From Eubacteriales bacterium (lineage in GTDB: Bacteria > Bacillota > Clostridia > Christensenellales > CAG-138), in assembly GCA_035446965.1 (NCBI GenBank), contig DAOTGE010000005.1, forward strand, positions 7,116 through 71,115: a stretch of DNA of 64,000 bases, written 5' to 3'. Shown one piece after another: positions 1 through 7,839 of this stretch. Numbering within the stretch: the stretch's first letter is position 1; each line of letters opens with the position of its first letter. A program made the translations under genes and the position numbers. The notes beneath the pieces are model-generated. The model saw only the letters and a list, made by a program, of their open reading frames with translations, made no database searches and had not been told where the DNA came from.

Positions 1-1
1 C

Positions 2-319
2 CGGCAATGGTTTTCCGGCGGACTCCTGCTGGCGCATAACGCGGCCTTCGATCTGCCGACCATGAAAAAGTCGCTTGGACGGTACGGTCTCTGCCTGCCG
101 GAACTGTCTTACATCTGCACGCTGCAAAAATCGAGGAAGCACATCCCGAAATATGCGTTCGGCAGTCACCGCCTCGGCGCGCTCTGCGAAGGCCTCGGCA
201 TCCCGCTGGAGAACCACCACAATGCGCTCGACGACGCGCTTGCGTGTGCAAATCTCTATGAGTACCTCAAAAGTCACTATGGCTGTACTGCGGCGGACGT
301 GAAGGTGTTTCGACCGTAG
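2..319 (+). CDS. DEDDh 3'-5' exonuclease domain protein (DnaQ/epsilon-like), C-terminal part; 5' end lies outside the window
   Basis: Frame is open from the window edge. Translation contains LLAHNAAFDL (Exo II-like) and HNALDDALACANLY (Exo III H-x4-D) motifs. TAG stop at 317-319. Confidence 0.8.
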   Translation, partial: RQWFSGGLLLAHNAAFDLPTMKKSLGRYGLCLPELSYICTLQKSRKHIPKYAFGSHRLGALCEGLGIPLENHHNALDDALACANLYEYLKSHYGCTAADVKVFRP

Positions 320-355
320 GGGGCCGCGCTTAATTCGGGATAGAATAAGAGCGAA

Positions 356-596
356 AAACCGCCCGGAACGGGCGGTTTGAGACCGTCAAAAAACTTGTTT
401 TTTGACGGGATAACCGCTCTTTGCCTCTCGTCCTTCGGACTTCCGGGCGGCAAAGAGCACAGAGAAACCGCCCGTTCCGGGCGATCCGTTACGCCGGATG
501 AACCGGCGCAGCCGGAATCAACGGGTTAAGGACCGCAGCCCTTAACAATCCCAAGGACTTTTTTGACAGGCTGAAACCGCCCGGAACGGGCGGTTT
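356..596 (+). repeat. Copy A of a ~195-bp hairpin-dense interspersed repeat (core ~379-573) bracketed by a 23-bp direct duplication of a terminator-like hairpin
   Basis: Core aligns by eye at roughly 90% identity with 2133-2325 (inverted) and 47955-48152. Stems: CCGTCAAAAAAC/GTTTTTTGACGG, GCTCTTTGCC/GGCAAAGAGC, CGCCCG/CGGGCG, GTTAAGG/CCTTAAC. AAACCGCCCGGAACGGGCGGTTT occurs at 356-378 and again at 574-596. Confidence 0.85.
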
Positions 597-647
597 TGTT
601 TGTTCTGAACATCGTAAAAATAAAATGCGAAACACAATAAAAAGATA

Positions 648-677
648 TTGACAATATAGTGTGACACACAGTATAAT
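648..677 (+). promoter_or_regulatory. Sigma-A-type promoter of the first padR-like operon
   Basis: TTGACA (648-653), 18-nt spacer, TATAAT (672-677). GAGGTGA Shine-Dalgarno lies just before ATG 695. Confidence 0.6.
655..675. promoter_or_regulatory. 21-bp near-palindrome inside the promoter spacer/-10; candidate PadR autoregulatory operator
   Basis: TATAGTGTGACACACAGTATA: 8 of 10 symmetric positions pair. It lies between the -35 and -10 hexamers. Confidence 0.4.
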
Positions 678-694
678 ACAGCCGAGGTGATACC

Positions 695-1036
695 ATGCCG
701 GAAAACGAACACATGCAGAGCCTTTTGACCGAACTGCGGCGGGGCACGCTGACGCTGGCGGTGCTCGGGAGCCTGCAGGAGCCGCGATACGGATATGCGT
801 TGTTGCAGGTACTGCAGGCAAAAGGAATTGAAATCGAAGCCAACACGCTCTATCCGCTGCTGCGGCGGCTGGAGACGCAGGGACTGCTCAAAAGCGACTG
901 GGACACGAGTGAAAGCAGGCCGAGGAAGTATTATTCACTCAGCGAAAAGGGAAAAGAAGTACAGAAAGAACTCCTGCTGGAATGGGAACGGATGCAAAAG
1001 AGCATCGCGTCCATCTGCGGAAAGGACGGGGAATGA
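695..1036 (+). CDS. PadR family transcriptional regulator
   Basis: 113 aa. Winged-helix core LAVLGSL..PRYGYALLQVL...TLYPLLRRLETQGLL...RKYYSLSEKG is typical of PadR. Shine-Dalgarno present. Confidence 0.9.
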   Translation: MPENEHMQSLLTELRRGTLTLAVLGSLQEPRYGYALLQVLQAKGIEIEANTLYPLLRRLETQGLLKSDWDTSESRPRKYYSLSEKGKEVQKELLLEWERMQKSIASICGKDGE

Positions 1037-2067
1037 TGGAAACCGCACAGAATTTAATTGAACGGTATGTTTACGACGTGACGCGCCGCCTGCCGGAAAC
1101 GGAGCGCGCGGAGGTTGAAAAGGAACTCAAAGCGAACATCTTCGACATGCTGCCCGAGGAACCGGACGAAGCCGCGGTGCGGGACGTGCTCACACAGCTC
1201 GGCGCGCCGCGTACGCTTGCCGAGCAATACCGCCAGAAACCGCGATACCTGATTTCGCCCGCGTATTACGACGAATACGTGCGCGTGCTCAAATGGGTAC
1301 TGCCGCTGGTCGGCGTTGTGGTGATGGCCGTCGGGATGCTGATTGCGGGCTTCGACGCAATGAAGGACGAAGCGGTAACGGTCGTCGGCGCGATTGCAGG
1401 CATTCTTGCAAAAGGCGTCGAGATGGGCATTTCCGCGGCGCTTCAGGCGCTCTTCTGGACGACGCTGGGCTTCGTAATCGCCGAGCGCAGCGGCGCGCGG
1501 GAAGATAAAAACGGAAAGCCCTGCTGGAGCGTGGACGACCTGCCGGAGATCAGCGTCAATGAAAAAGCGAAGATTCCGCTTTCGGACGGAATCGCCGAAC
1601 TGGTCGTGACGGTCGTGTTCTCCGTGCTGGCCATCCTGTATTGCAGGAATGCGCTTCCGTTTGCGTTTGCCATAACCGGCGGCGGACTGCAGGTCTACAC
1701 GATCTTCAGCGAAGCGTTTCTCGCGGCCTGCATTCCCGCGATTGCGGTGACGGCGTTTCTCGCAATTTTGAAGGCGGCTGCAAAAATCAAGGACCGCCGC
1801 TGGTCGGTTCCCGTTTGCGTGACCGCCGTGCTGCAGCAATTGGTGAGCATGGGTCTTTCGATTTATCTGATGACCCGGCCGGACCTCTTCAGCGAAGAAT
1901 TTTCGGCGTTTATGGGGACGCTCAACATGGGCGCGCTCAGCGGCGTTCCGTGGATTGGACCGAACGGCTGGCATCCGATTTTGATTGTGCTTGTCGTTTT
2001 GACCATAATCGGCAGCGTTTCGGAATCCGTCAAGGTCGTGCGGCTGACGGTGAAATACAGTAAATAA
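1033..2067 (+). CDS. PadR-associated membrane protein with a DUF1700/HAAS-type N-terminal helical domain and multiple TM segments
   Basis: ATG 1033 overlaps the padR stop (ATGA). N-terminus reads IERYVYDVTRRLPETERAEVEKELKANIFDML...LGAPRTLAEQY, followed by long hydrophobic stretches. The ORF-track start at 982 lies inside padR and was rejected. Confidence 0.7.
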   Translation: MMETAQNLIERYVYDVTRRLPETERAEVEKELKANIFDMLPEEPDEAAVRDVLTQLGAPRTLAEQYRQKPRYLISPAYYDEYVRVLKWVLPLVGVVVMAVGMLIAGFDAMKDEAVTVVGAIAGILAKGVEMGISAALQALFWTTLGFVIAERSGAREDKNGKPCWSVDDLPEISVNEKAKIPLSDGIAELVVTVVFSVLAILYCRNALPFAFAITGGGLQVYTIFSEAFLAACIPAIAVTAFLAILKAAAKIKDRRWSVPVCVTAVLQQLVSMGLSIYLMTRPDLFSEEFSAFMGTLNMGALSGVPWIGPNGWHPILIVLVVLTIIGSVSESVKVVRLTVKYSK

Positions 2068-2109
2068 CCGCGTTTCTTCGGTTAAAACCAGACAAGGCAG
2101 ATACAAAAA

Positions 2110-2348
2110 AAAGGCGCGAATAAGCGCCTTTTAGCCTGATAAAAAAGCCTCTGGGATTGTTAAGGGCCGCAGTCCTTAACCCGTTTTTCCGGCTGCGCCG
2201 GTTCATCCGGCGGAACGGATCGCCCGGAACGGGCGGTTTCTTCGTGCTCTTTGCCGCCCGGAAGTCCGAAGGACGAGAGGCAAAGAGCGGTTGCTCCGTC
2301 AAAAAACTGGTTTTTTGACGGCCTCAAAGGCGCGAATAAGCGCCTTTT
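2110..2348 (-). repeat. Copy B (inverted) of the ~195-bp hairpin-dense repeat (core ~2133-2325) bracketed by a different 23-bp duplicated hairpin
   Basis: The reverse complement of 2133-2325 matches copy A almost base for base. AAAGGCGCGAATAAGCGCCTTTT occurs at 2110-2132 and 2326-2348. Both hairpins carry T/A runs, so they are bidirectional terminator-like. Confidence 0.85.
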
Positions 2349-2535
2349 TTGTGTGCCGGCAAGAGGGTACGCCGAAGAGTTCGGTGCCAAATCACGGCAT
2401 GGACCCCAACCGGTTTAAAACTGGATTTTGGAAGCGTGCTCAATGCGGGGACTCCCAAGGGATGCATCCCTGGGCTTGAGTGCAGGGGTGCCCCCCCTGC
2501 AAAAGAACTTTGCCGACAGAGTAAAGGCGCGCAAA

Positions 2536-3258
2536 TTACCGCTTCTTTGGCGGAATCGGTTTGCGGCCGTCGTAGAAATGCCGGTACCGCACGAGGTCGT
2601 CCGGCGGGAACGGGTTTCCGTGCGAAGGATAAATGCGCTTTGGATGCAGCGCGAGCATTTTGTCCCACGAGCGGCCGAATTCAGCGGGGTCTTCGAGCCA
2701 GATGGTATGCCGGCCGGGACTGATGACGGCGTTCATGGCCGCGTCTCCGCAGAGAAGGTCGCCCGTTTCCTCCAGATACAGGCCGATGGAGTCGCTTGTG
2801 TGTCCCGGCAGAAACAGCACGCGCAGCGGCAGCCCCAGCGTAAGGAACGGCTGGTCCGCTTCACTTTGCAGGACGACTGCGTTTTCCGGCATCGCGACCG
2901 GCGGGAACGAGTGCTCCTTTTTCACCAGCGCGAACAGCGTTGCAAGCCGCGTTGCGTATCCCGCGCCCGGCGGTTCGCTGTTTTCACCGGAGGCGAGAAG
3001 CGGGACGCTTGCGGCGTTGAGTACGAGCGTCGCGTCCGTCTTTTGCAGCAGCGCAGACAAAAAGCCCGCGTGGTCGTCGTGCGCATGGGTCAGAAAGATG
3101 TATTTAAGCCGGTCGAGCGGCGCAAGTGCGGCAAAGCGCTTGTAAAACGTTTCCTCGCCGCCGGGATAGCCGGTGTCCACGGCGATCCAGCCGAGCGGCG
3201 TTTCCAGCAGGTAACTGCGCACGGCGTAACTGCCGATCTCGTGTATCCGAATCTGCAT
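2536..3258 (-). CDS. MBL-fold metallo-hydrolase
   Basis: THAHDDHAGF (HxHxDH) motif. GGAGG lies 9 nt upstream of ATG 3258. An alternative in-frame ATG at 3267 directly abuts the SD. Confidence 0.85.
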   Translation of the reverse strand: MQIRIHEIGSYAVRSYLLETPLGWIAVDTGYPGGEETFYKRFAALAPLDRLKYIFLTHAHDDHAGFLSALLQKTDATLVLNAASVPLLASGENSEPPGAGYATRLATLFALVKKEHSFPPVAMPENAVVLQSEADQPFLTLGLPLRVLFLPGHTSDSIGLYLEETGDLLCGDAAMNAVISPGRHTIWLEDPAEFGRSWDKMLALHPKRIYPSHGNPFPPDDLVRYRHFYDGRKPIPPKKR

Positions 3259-3394
3259 TTGCTCCATCCTCCGATCGTTTCGATTGTATCATACGCCGGG
3301 TAAAAGCAGCAATTCAAACGAAAGACGGGGGGACGTCCGGACGAAAGCGAAAGAACTCGTTTGTGAACGAAACGTGAAACGTAAGCCGGACGGA

Positions 3395-3423
3395 TTGACA
3401 GCAGGAAGACATTCTCATAGAAT
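3395..3423 (+). promoter_or_regulatory. Sigma-A-type promoter of the blaI-like operon
   Basis: TTGACA (3395-3400), 17-nt spacer, TAGAAT (3418-3423). Confidence 0.55.
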
Positions 3424-3434
3424 TAAGACAAGAA

Positions 3435-3454
3435 ATTCTTAACGGGTTAAGAAT
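3435..3454. promoter_or_regulatory. Perfect 8-bp inverted repeat between promoter and start codon; candidate BlaI-family operator
   Basis: ATTCTTAA-CGGG-TTAAGAAT. A related half-site, AGAATTAAGA, overlaps the -10. Confidence 0.45.
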
Positions 3455-3470
3455 ACCGGGAGGCAGGAGA

Positions 3471-3872
3471 ATGGACAAGCGGCTCAACGATTCCGAATGG
3501 ATCATCCTGCGCGCACTCTGGGGTGCGCCGCCGATGGACCTCAGCGCGATCATCCTGCGGGTGCGTTCGCAGGACCCGGACGTTGGCTGGGACTACAAAA
3601 CCTACCACAGCTTTTTGCGCATCCTGCTGCGAAAAGGATATGTGAGCGCCGAAAAGCACGGAAAGAACAATCTTTACAGCGCGGCGATCACCGAAGATCA
3701 GGCGCTTTCCTACGAGACGGAAAGCCTGATTTCGCGCAGGAGTTACTATGGCTCGGTTTCCAGCCTTATGGTGCACATGGCCGAGCAGGGGACGCTGACG
3801 AGCCGGGAAAAAGAAGAACTCGTCGCGCTCGCGGCCAGACTCGCGGAGGAAGACGCGAAAACAAAGGGCTGA
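3471..3872 (+). CDS. BlaI/MecI/CopY family transcriptional repressor
   Basis: 133 aa. The N-terminal wHTH (SEWIILRALWG...DLSAIILRV) and overall size fit the penicillinase-repressor family. SD is GGGAGGCAGGAGA. Confidence 0.85.
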   Translation: MDKRLNDSEWIILRALWGAPPMDLSAIILRVRSQDPDVGWDYKTYHSFLRILLRKGYVSAEKHGKNNLYSAAITEDQALSYETESLISRRSYYGSVSSLMVHMAEQGTLTSREKEELVALAARLAEEDAKTKG

Positions 3873-3940
3873 ATGCCGCAAAAACGACGATGCAGGCCTT
3901 TGTGCGAACGAAAAGTTCTGTACGAAGGCCGGGGGGATTT

Positions 3941-4858
3941 ATGGAAGCGGACCTGATTGAAAGACTTGCGGAGATATCGGTTTACAGCGCGATTATCTTT
4001 GCTGCGGTGCTGCTGTTTCGGCTGCTGCTGAAAAAGTGGCTGTCGCCCGCGCTGAAATATGCGCTTTGGTTCCTCGTGGTGCTGCGGCTGCTCGCCCCGA
4101 TCACACTGGAAAGCGGATTTCATTTTATTACGATACCGGCGGGCGAAGAACCCGCCGCGGCGGCGCAGAGCGGTATGATCGAGCCGACTGTCGTATCAAC
4201 GCCCGTGCCGGAGGCGGCGCCGCAGGCGGAGGACAACGATACGGCGGACGAGCAGACGATTGTCCCGACGCAAAAAGCGGAACCAGTTCAAACGGCGCGC
4301 CGTTTGAACTGGCGGCAGTGGGTCGTGCTGGGCTGGGCGGTCGGGGCCGGGACGGTGCTGATCGGCTACGCGGTGCTCTCCATTCAGCTTACGCGGCGCG
4401 TCCGCCGCGTTGGATGCGAGCCGGGCGAGAAGACGCAGGAACAGTACCGGCAGGTCAAAGATGGACTGCATATCCGCGCGGCGGTGCCGATTTTTCTGAT
4501 GCCGGACATCAAAAGCCCGGCGCTGACAACGCAGCTGTGTCCCAAACTGCTGTTGCCGGACCGTCTGCTTTACAGCGCGGACAGGGAGGACATGGCGTTT
4601 GCAATGGCGCACGAATTGATGCACTACAAGCGCAGGGACTATCTTATTTGCCTGCTCGTCGCGCTGCTGCGCGCCGTCTACTGGTTCAATCCTGTGCTTT
4701 GGATTATGCCGCGGCTGATGCGGCTGGACATGGAGTCCGCCTGCGATGCGCAGGTCGTGCGCAGTATGGACAAACGGCAGAAACTCAAATATGTCGGCCT
4801 CCTGCTTACACTCGGGCGGGAGGAACCGGAAGAATCTTACGTTACGGAAGGAGAATGA
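3941..4858 (+). CDS. M56 (BlaR1-type) zinc metalloprotease, short form lacking a C-terminal sensor domain
   Basis: Residue 149 of ORF 3497..4858 is Met (MEADLIERL). N-terminal TM helices are present, with HELMHYKRRDY (HExxH) and a following TM. Only ~305 aa. Confidence 0.85.
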   Translation: MEADLIERLAEISVYSAIIFAAVLLFRLLLKKWLSPALKYALWFLVVLRLLAPITLESGFHFITIPAGEEPAAAAQSGMIEPTVVSTPVPEAAPQAEDNDTADEQTIVPTQKAEPVQTARRLNWRQWVVLGWAVGAGTVLIGYAVLSIQLTRRVRRVGCEPGEKTQEQYRQVKDGLHIRAAVPIFLMPDIKSPALTTQLCPKLLLPDRLLYSADREDMAFAMAHELMHYKRRDYLICLLVALLRAVYWFNPVLWIMPRLMRLDMESACDAQVVRSMDKRQKLKYVGLLLTLGREEPEESYVTEGE

Positions 4859-4862
4859 ACCG

Positions 4863-6461
4863 ATGAAAAGACTTTCCACCGACCATCTTCTGACGCTGGG
4901 CATGGCGCTTTATGGAGACAAAAGCGCGATGGAGCGGCGCGTGCGCGGCGTTTTCGCGCGGCGCAAAAGCCCGAACGGCGTCCGCGCGCTTGCGCTCATA
5001 CTCTGCTTAATGCTGGGCGTCGGCTGTTTTACGACCGCGTGCAGCGCGGGCAGCGCGCCCACGGCGAGCGCGGGCGACGCGGCGGTTTCCGGCGGGGACG
5101 CGCTGGTTTCCGGCGGGGATGCGCTGGCTTCGAACGGAGACGCGGCGGAAGACTCTGGGTACACGAAGGAAATGGCGCTGAGGAGCCTTGCAAGTGAACT
5201 GACGCTGCAGCGGCAGTATATGGCCCCGCGCGTCGGCAACGCCGTCAAAGACGAACTGGGAAGCTGGATCGTCGGCGAGAACGTGAGTGCGGCGGACACT
5301 TCCGCTGCGACGGCGGCGTTTCTTACGCTGGCTAACCGGCTCTTCAATACGCAGTATGCAGAAGACGACATGATTGCGACGCTCTATCTTGACGAAACCG
5401 GCAACCGCAGCGATCTCTGGCGTATCGATTCAAGCGACGGCGTGCTCTGCGGCGCGCTGGAGGCGGGAACGCTGAAGCTGATCAGCGCGGATTGCGCCAC
5501 CGAACCTTCCGATACGCTGCACGAAAGCCTGCAGGACCGCGATACGTCGTCTGAGTGGTATGCATGGGGGGAAGATCTTGATTTGAGCGATGCAGTCGGC
5601 AGGATTGCGGGGATACTGGGTGACGAGGCGGGCACGGCCGTGGTTCATTCCGGCGTCAGCAGAAGAGTACTGACCAATGGCTGGGACGTGCGGCCAGAGT
5701 TTTATTTCCCGCTCGGCGACGGGACCTATTGTCTGGCGAGCGTGTTCGGGGACGAAAACCTGACGCTTACCGCCGTTGGGATTTGTGAAGACGAAGCCTG
5801 CGCCATCGAGAGCGTGTTCTGGCGTGCCGACCTGCTCTGGGAAGACGAGATTACCGTCATGAAAGACCCGCAGGATTTCCGGCCGGGCGAACCGGGCGCG
5901 GACGACATGACCAAGGAAGAAGCGCTTGCGTTTTACCGGACGCTCGTCGATACGGCGGGCATCGTTCCGGGAACGGACGCGGCGGTGGCGGGCGAGCCGG
6001 AAACGCAGTTTTATATCGACTACTCCGGCGCGCGGGAAAACTACTGGCATGTCGAGGGCGCGTACGCAAGCTTCGATTTGACGAGCCAAACCGGGCGCAT
6101 GCTGAACATGACGTCGGACGGAAAACTCGGCTCCGCACTCGGTTTGACGGGGATTGCATATGAGGACATGGGCAATCAGACGTATCTGGATGCGACGGAG
6201 GCGCTCTTTAACGCGCTGTTTGGAGAAGGCAGTGTGGTGAAGGTGGAACTCAACGCCGTTTACGATGATCATTATTGCACGACCGATCCGATCATGGCGG
6301 ACGGCACGTCCTATGAGATTCAATTCGGCGACGGACTGATTATTGGCGTCACGGCGTTTGCCGCGCTGGACGAGACGGGATTCGGAGCCGACCCGAACTG
6401 GGCGGCGGACTGGATTTACGTCAACACCGAAACAGGCGAGGAAATCCACATGCAGTGGTAG
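4863..6461 (+). CDS. Membrane-anchored extracytoplasmic protein of unknown function (third gene of the blaI-M56 operon)
   Basis: GGAAGGAGAA SD before ATG 4863. A 40-aa cytoplasmic head is followed by the TM ALALILCLMLGVGCFTTAC and then ~470 aa of acidic, secreted-looking sequence. Begins 4 nt after the M56 stop. Confidence 0.65.
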   Translation: MKRLSTDHLLTLGMALYGDKSAMERRVRGVFARRKSPNGVRALALILCLMLGVGCFTTACSAGSAPTASAGDAAVSGGDALVSGGDALASNGDAAEDSGYTKEMALRSLASELTLQRQYMAPRVGNAVKDELGSWIVGENVSAADTSAATAAFLTLANRLFNTQYAEDDMIATLYLDETGNRSDLWRIDSSDGVLCGALEAGTLKLISADCATEPSDTLHESLQDRDTSSEWYAWGEDLDLSDAVGRIAGILGDEAGTAVVHSGVSRRVLTNGWDVRPEFYFPLGDGTYCLASVFGDENLTLTAVGICEDEACAIESVFWRADLLWEDEITVMKDPQDFRPGEPGADDMTKEEALAFYRTLVDTAGIVPGTDAAVAGEPETQFYIDYSGARENYWHVEGAYASFDLTSQTGRMLNMTSDGKLGSALGLTGIAYEDMGNQTYLDATEALFNALFGEGSVVKVELNAVYDDHYCTTDPIMADGTSYEIQFGDGLIIGVTAFAALDETGFGADPNWAADWIYVNTETGEEIHMQW

Positions 6462-6480
6462 CAATCCGGCCGGATACAGC

Positions 6481-6526
6481 AAAAACGGGCTTCGCGCGCA
6501 GAAAGAAACGCGCGAAGCCCGTTTTT
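6481..6526 (+). terminator. Rho-independent terminator
   Basis: ACGGGCTTCGCGCG / CGCGCGAAGCCCGT stem followed by TTTTT. Confidence 0.8.
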
Positions 6527-6704
6527 ATGCGTGCGGTCTTGACGGTTGCGGCGAAACGCGGTACGATAATTCTTAGAATGTCGGTCGGAAAACCGACACG
6601 CGGAAACCGTTTCATTCCCAAATAGGTGCACCGATCATTTCTCTCATCAAAGCAAAGACAAAAAACGACAAAGGCATATAAAAAACAGGATTGCGAGGTT
6701 CGAT

Positions 6705-7784
6705 ATGGAACGTTACAGCGCTTATATTTCGGAAAAACGGCGCGCAGTGCGCACGCCGGGAAATCTGGTCGACGCGGACGGCAAATGTGCCTTCGGAACG
6801 TTTGAACGGGAGTTTCAGCGGATGGACTTTGTGCGTGCGAGGCGGCCGACCCAGGCGCCGCAGCTGCTCAACCGGCTCAAACTGACTCTCTGGCAGGCGA
6901 CGGAAGTCTGCTTCGACGAAGGGGTATTGCTGCTGGCGGTCTGCGATATGGGTCTGTTTTGCAAGGCGGTGCACGTGTTTTACGACCGCCGGACGAAGAA
7001 GCTGACATCCTGGGAAGCGAACCTGCCCGCCGGAAAGGCGAAGATCGCGCCGAACCTCGTCGGCGGCAGCGTCACGTCGGCGGAAAACGGGAAATGCGCG
7101 GTGCACTATGTAAACCGTTTTGACGAAGGACGCTGCGAGGTTTCCGGGAGGCATGTGTCCGGCGGCGACACGATTGCATACGAGCTCACGCTCACGCGTA
7201 TCAGCAAACCCAGCATTGTGAGCATTCCGTTCGGCCCGAACCGCCCGCTCTACAGCCAGAAGGATTTTTTCCGTGCACAAGGGACGATCACCGTAAACGG
7301 AAATACGTTCCAAAGCAACGAGCGTTCCACCGCGGTTGTGGACGACCATCGCGGCTATTATCCGCGGCACGCGCACTACGACTGGGTAACGACCATGGGG
7401 ATTAACGAAACGGACGGGGAAGCGCGGCTGTTTGCTTTTAACCTCACGCGCAACCAAAGCGTGAACCAGGCCGATTTCAACGAGAACCTCATCTGGCTGC
7501 AAAACGAGACCAGCCTGCTGCCGCCGGTCACGTTTTCGCGGGAGAAGCCGAGCGGCGCGTTCGACGGGCACGCCGTATGGACGGTTCGGGACGAGCACGA
7601 CATGGTCGGTGTGCGCTTCCTGGTGGACGCGCAGTTTGCGATGGTATTGCACACGGGGATCGTCAACATAGACTACTTTATTTCGTTTGGCAGTCTGGAA
7701 GGGTTCGTGCGCGGCGAGGACGGCAAAAAATTCGTGCTCGACGGCATGCCGGGCATCGGCGAAGACAAAACGCTTCTGCTGTAA
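6705..7784 (+). CDS. DUF2804-like protein (function unknown)
   Basis: 359-aa clean ORF with a GAGGT SD. The family assignment is from memory of the N-terminal pattern and size only. Confidence 0.55.
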   Translation: MERYSAYISEKRRAVRTPGNLVDADGKCAFGTFEREFQRMDFVRARRPTQAPQLLNRLKLTLWQATEVCFDEGVLLLAVCDMGLFCKAVHVFYDRRTKKLTSWEANLPAGKAKIAPNLVGGSVTSAENGKCAVHYVNRFDEGRCEVSGRHVSGGDTIAYELTLTRISKPSIVSIPFGPNRPLYSQKDFFRAQGTITVNGNTFQSNERSTAVVDDHRGYYPRHAHYDWVTTMGINETDGEARLFAFNLTRNQSVNQADFNENLIWLQNETSLLPPVTFSREKPSGAFDGHAVWTVRDEHDMVGVRFLVDAQFAMVLHTGIVNIDYFISFGSLEGFVRGEDGKKFVLDGMPGIGEDKTLLL

Positions 7785-7810
7785 AGCGGAACATTTCGAA
7801 AGAACACAAG

Positions 7811-7836
7811 GAACGCCTTATCGGGCGTTCTTTTTC
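7811..7836 (+). terminator. Rho-independent terminator
   Basis: GAACGCC-TTATCG-GGCGTTC followed by TTTTT. Confidence 0.75.
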
Positions 7837-7839
7837 TGA

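Noticed and set aside
377-527. A possible ~49-codon reading frame inside the hairpin-dense repeat (RPSKN.FFDG.TALCLSSFGLPGGKEH.ETARSGRSV.PDEPAQPE), kept in frame between copies A and B. A second shared peptide (LGLLRAAVLNPLIPAAPVHPA) lies on the other strand.
   Set aside because: There is no ATG or SD. Copy C2 has a 1-nt insertion in the inner hairpin that breaks the frame, and copy B has a 1-nt deletion that changes the C-terminus and breaks the opposite-strand frame. Differences between copies preserve base pairing rather than codons.
3497-3940. N-terminal over-extensions of track ORFs. Examples: 3497 for the M56 gene, 4746 for the anchored protein, 28945 for the GPH transporter, 32205 for PIG-L, 50137 for citG, 56801 for GH4, 46994 for the J-protein, and 26876 for the modE-like gene.
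   Set aside because: The extensions overlap upstream genes or intergenic terminators, translate to Arg-rich nonsense, and are followed by in-frame Met/Val codons with good SD sites that give family-typical N-termini.
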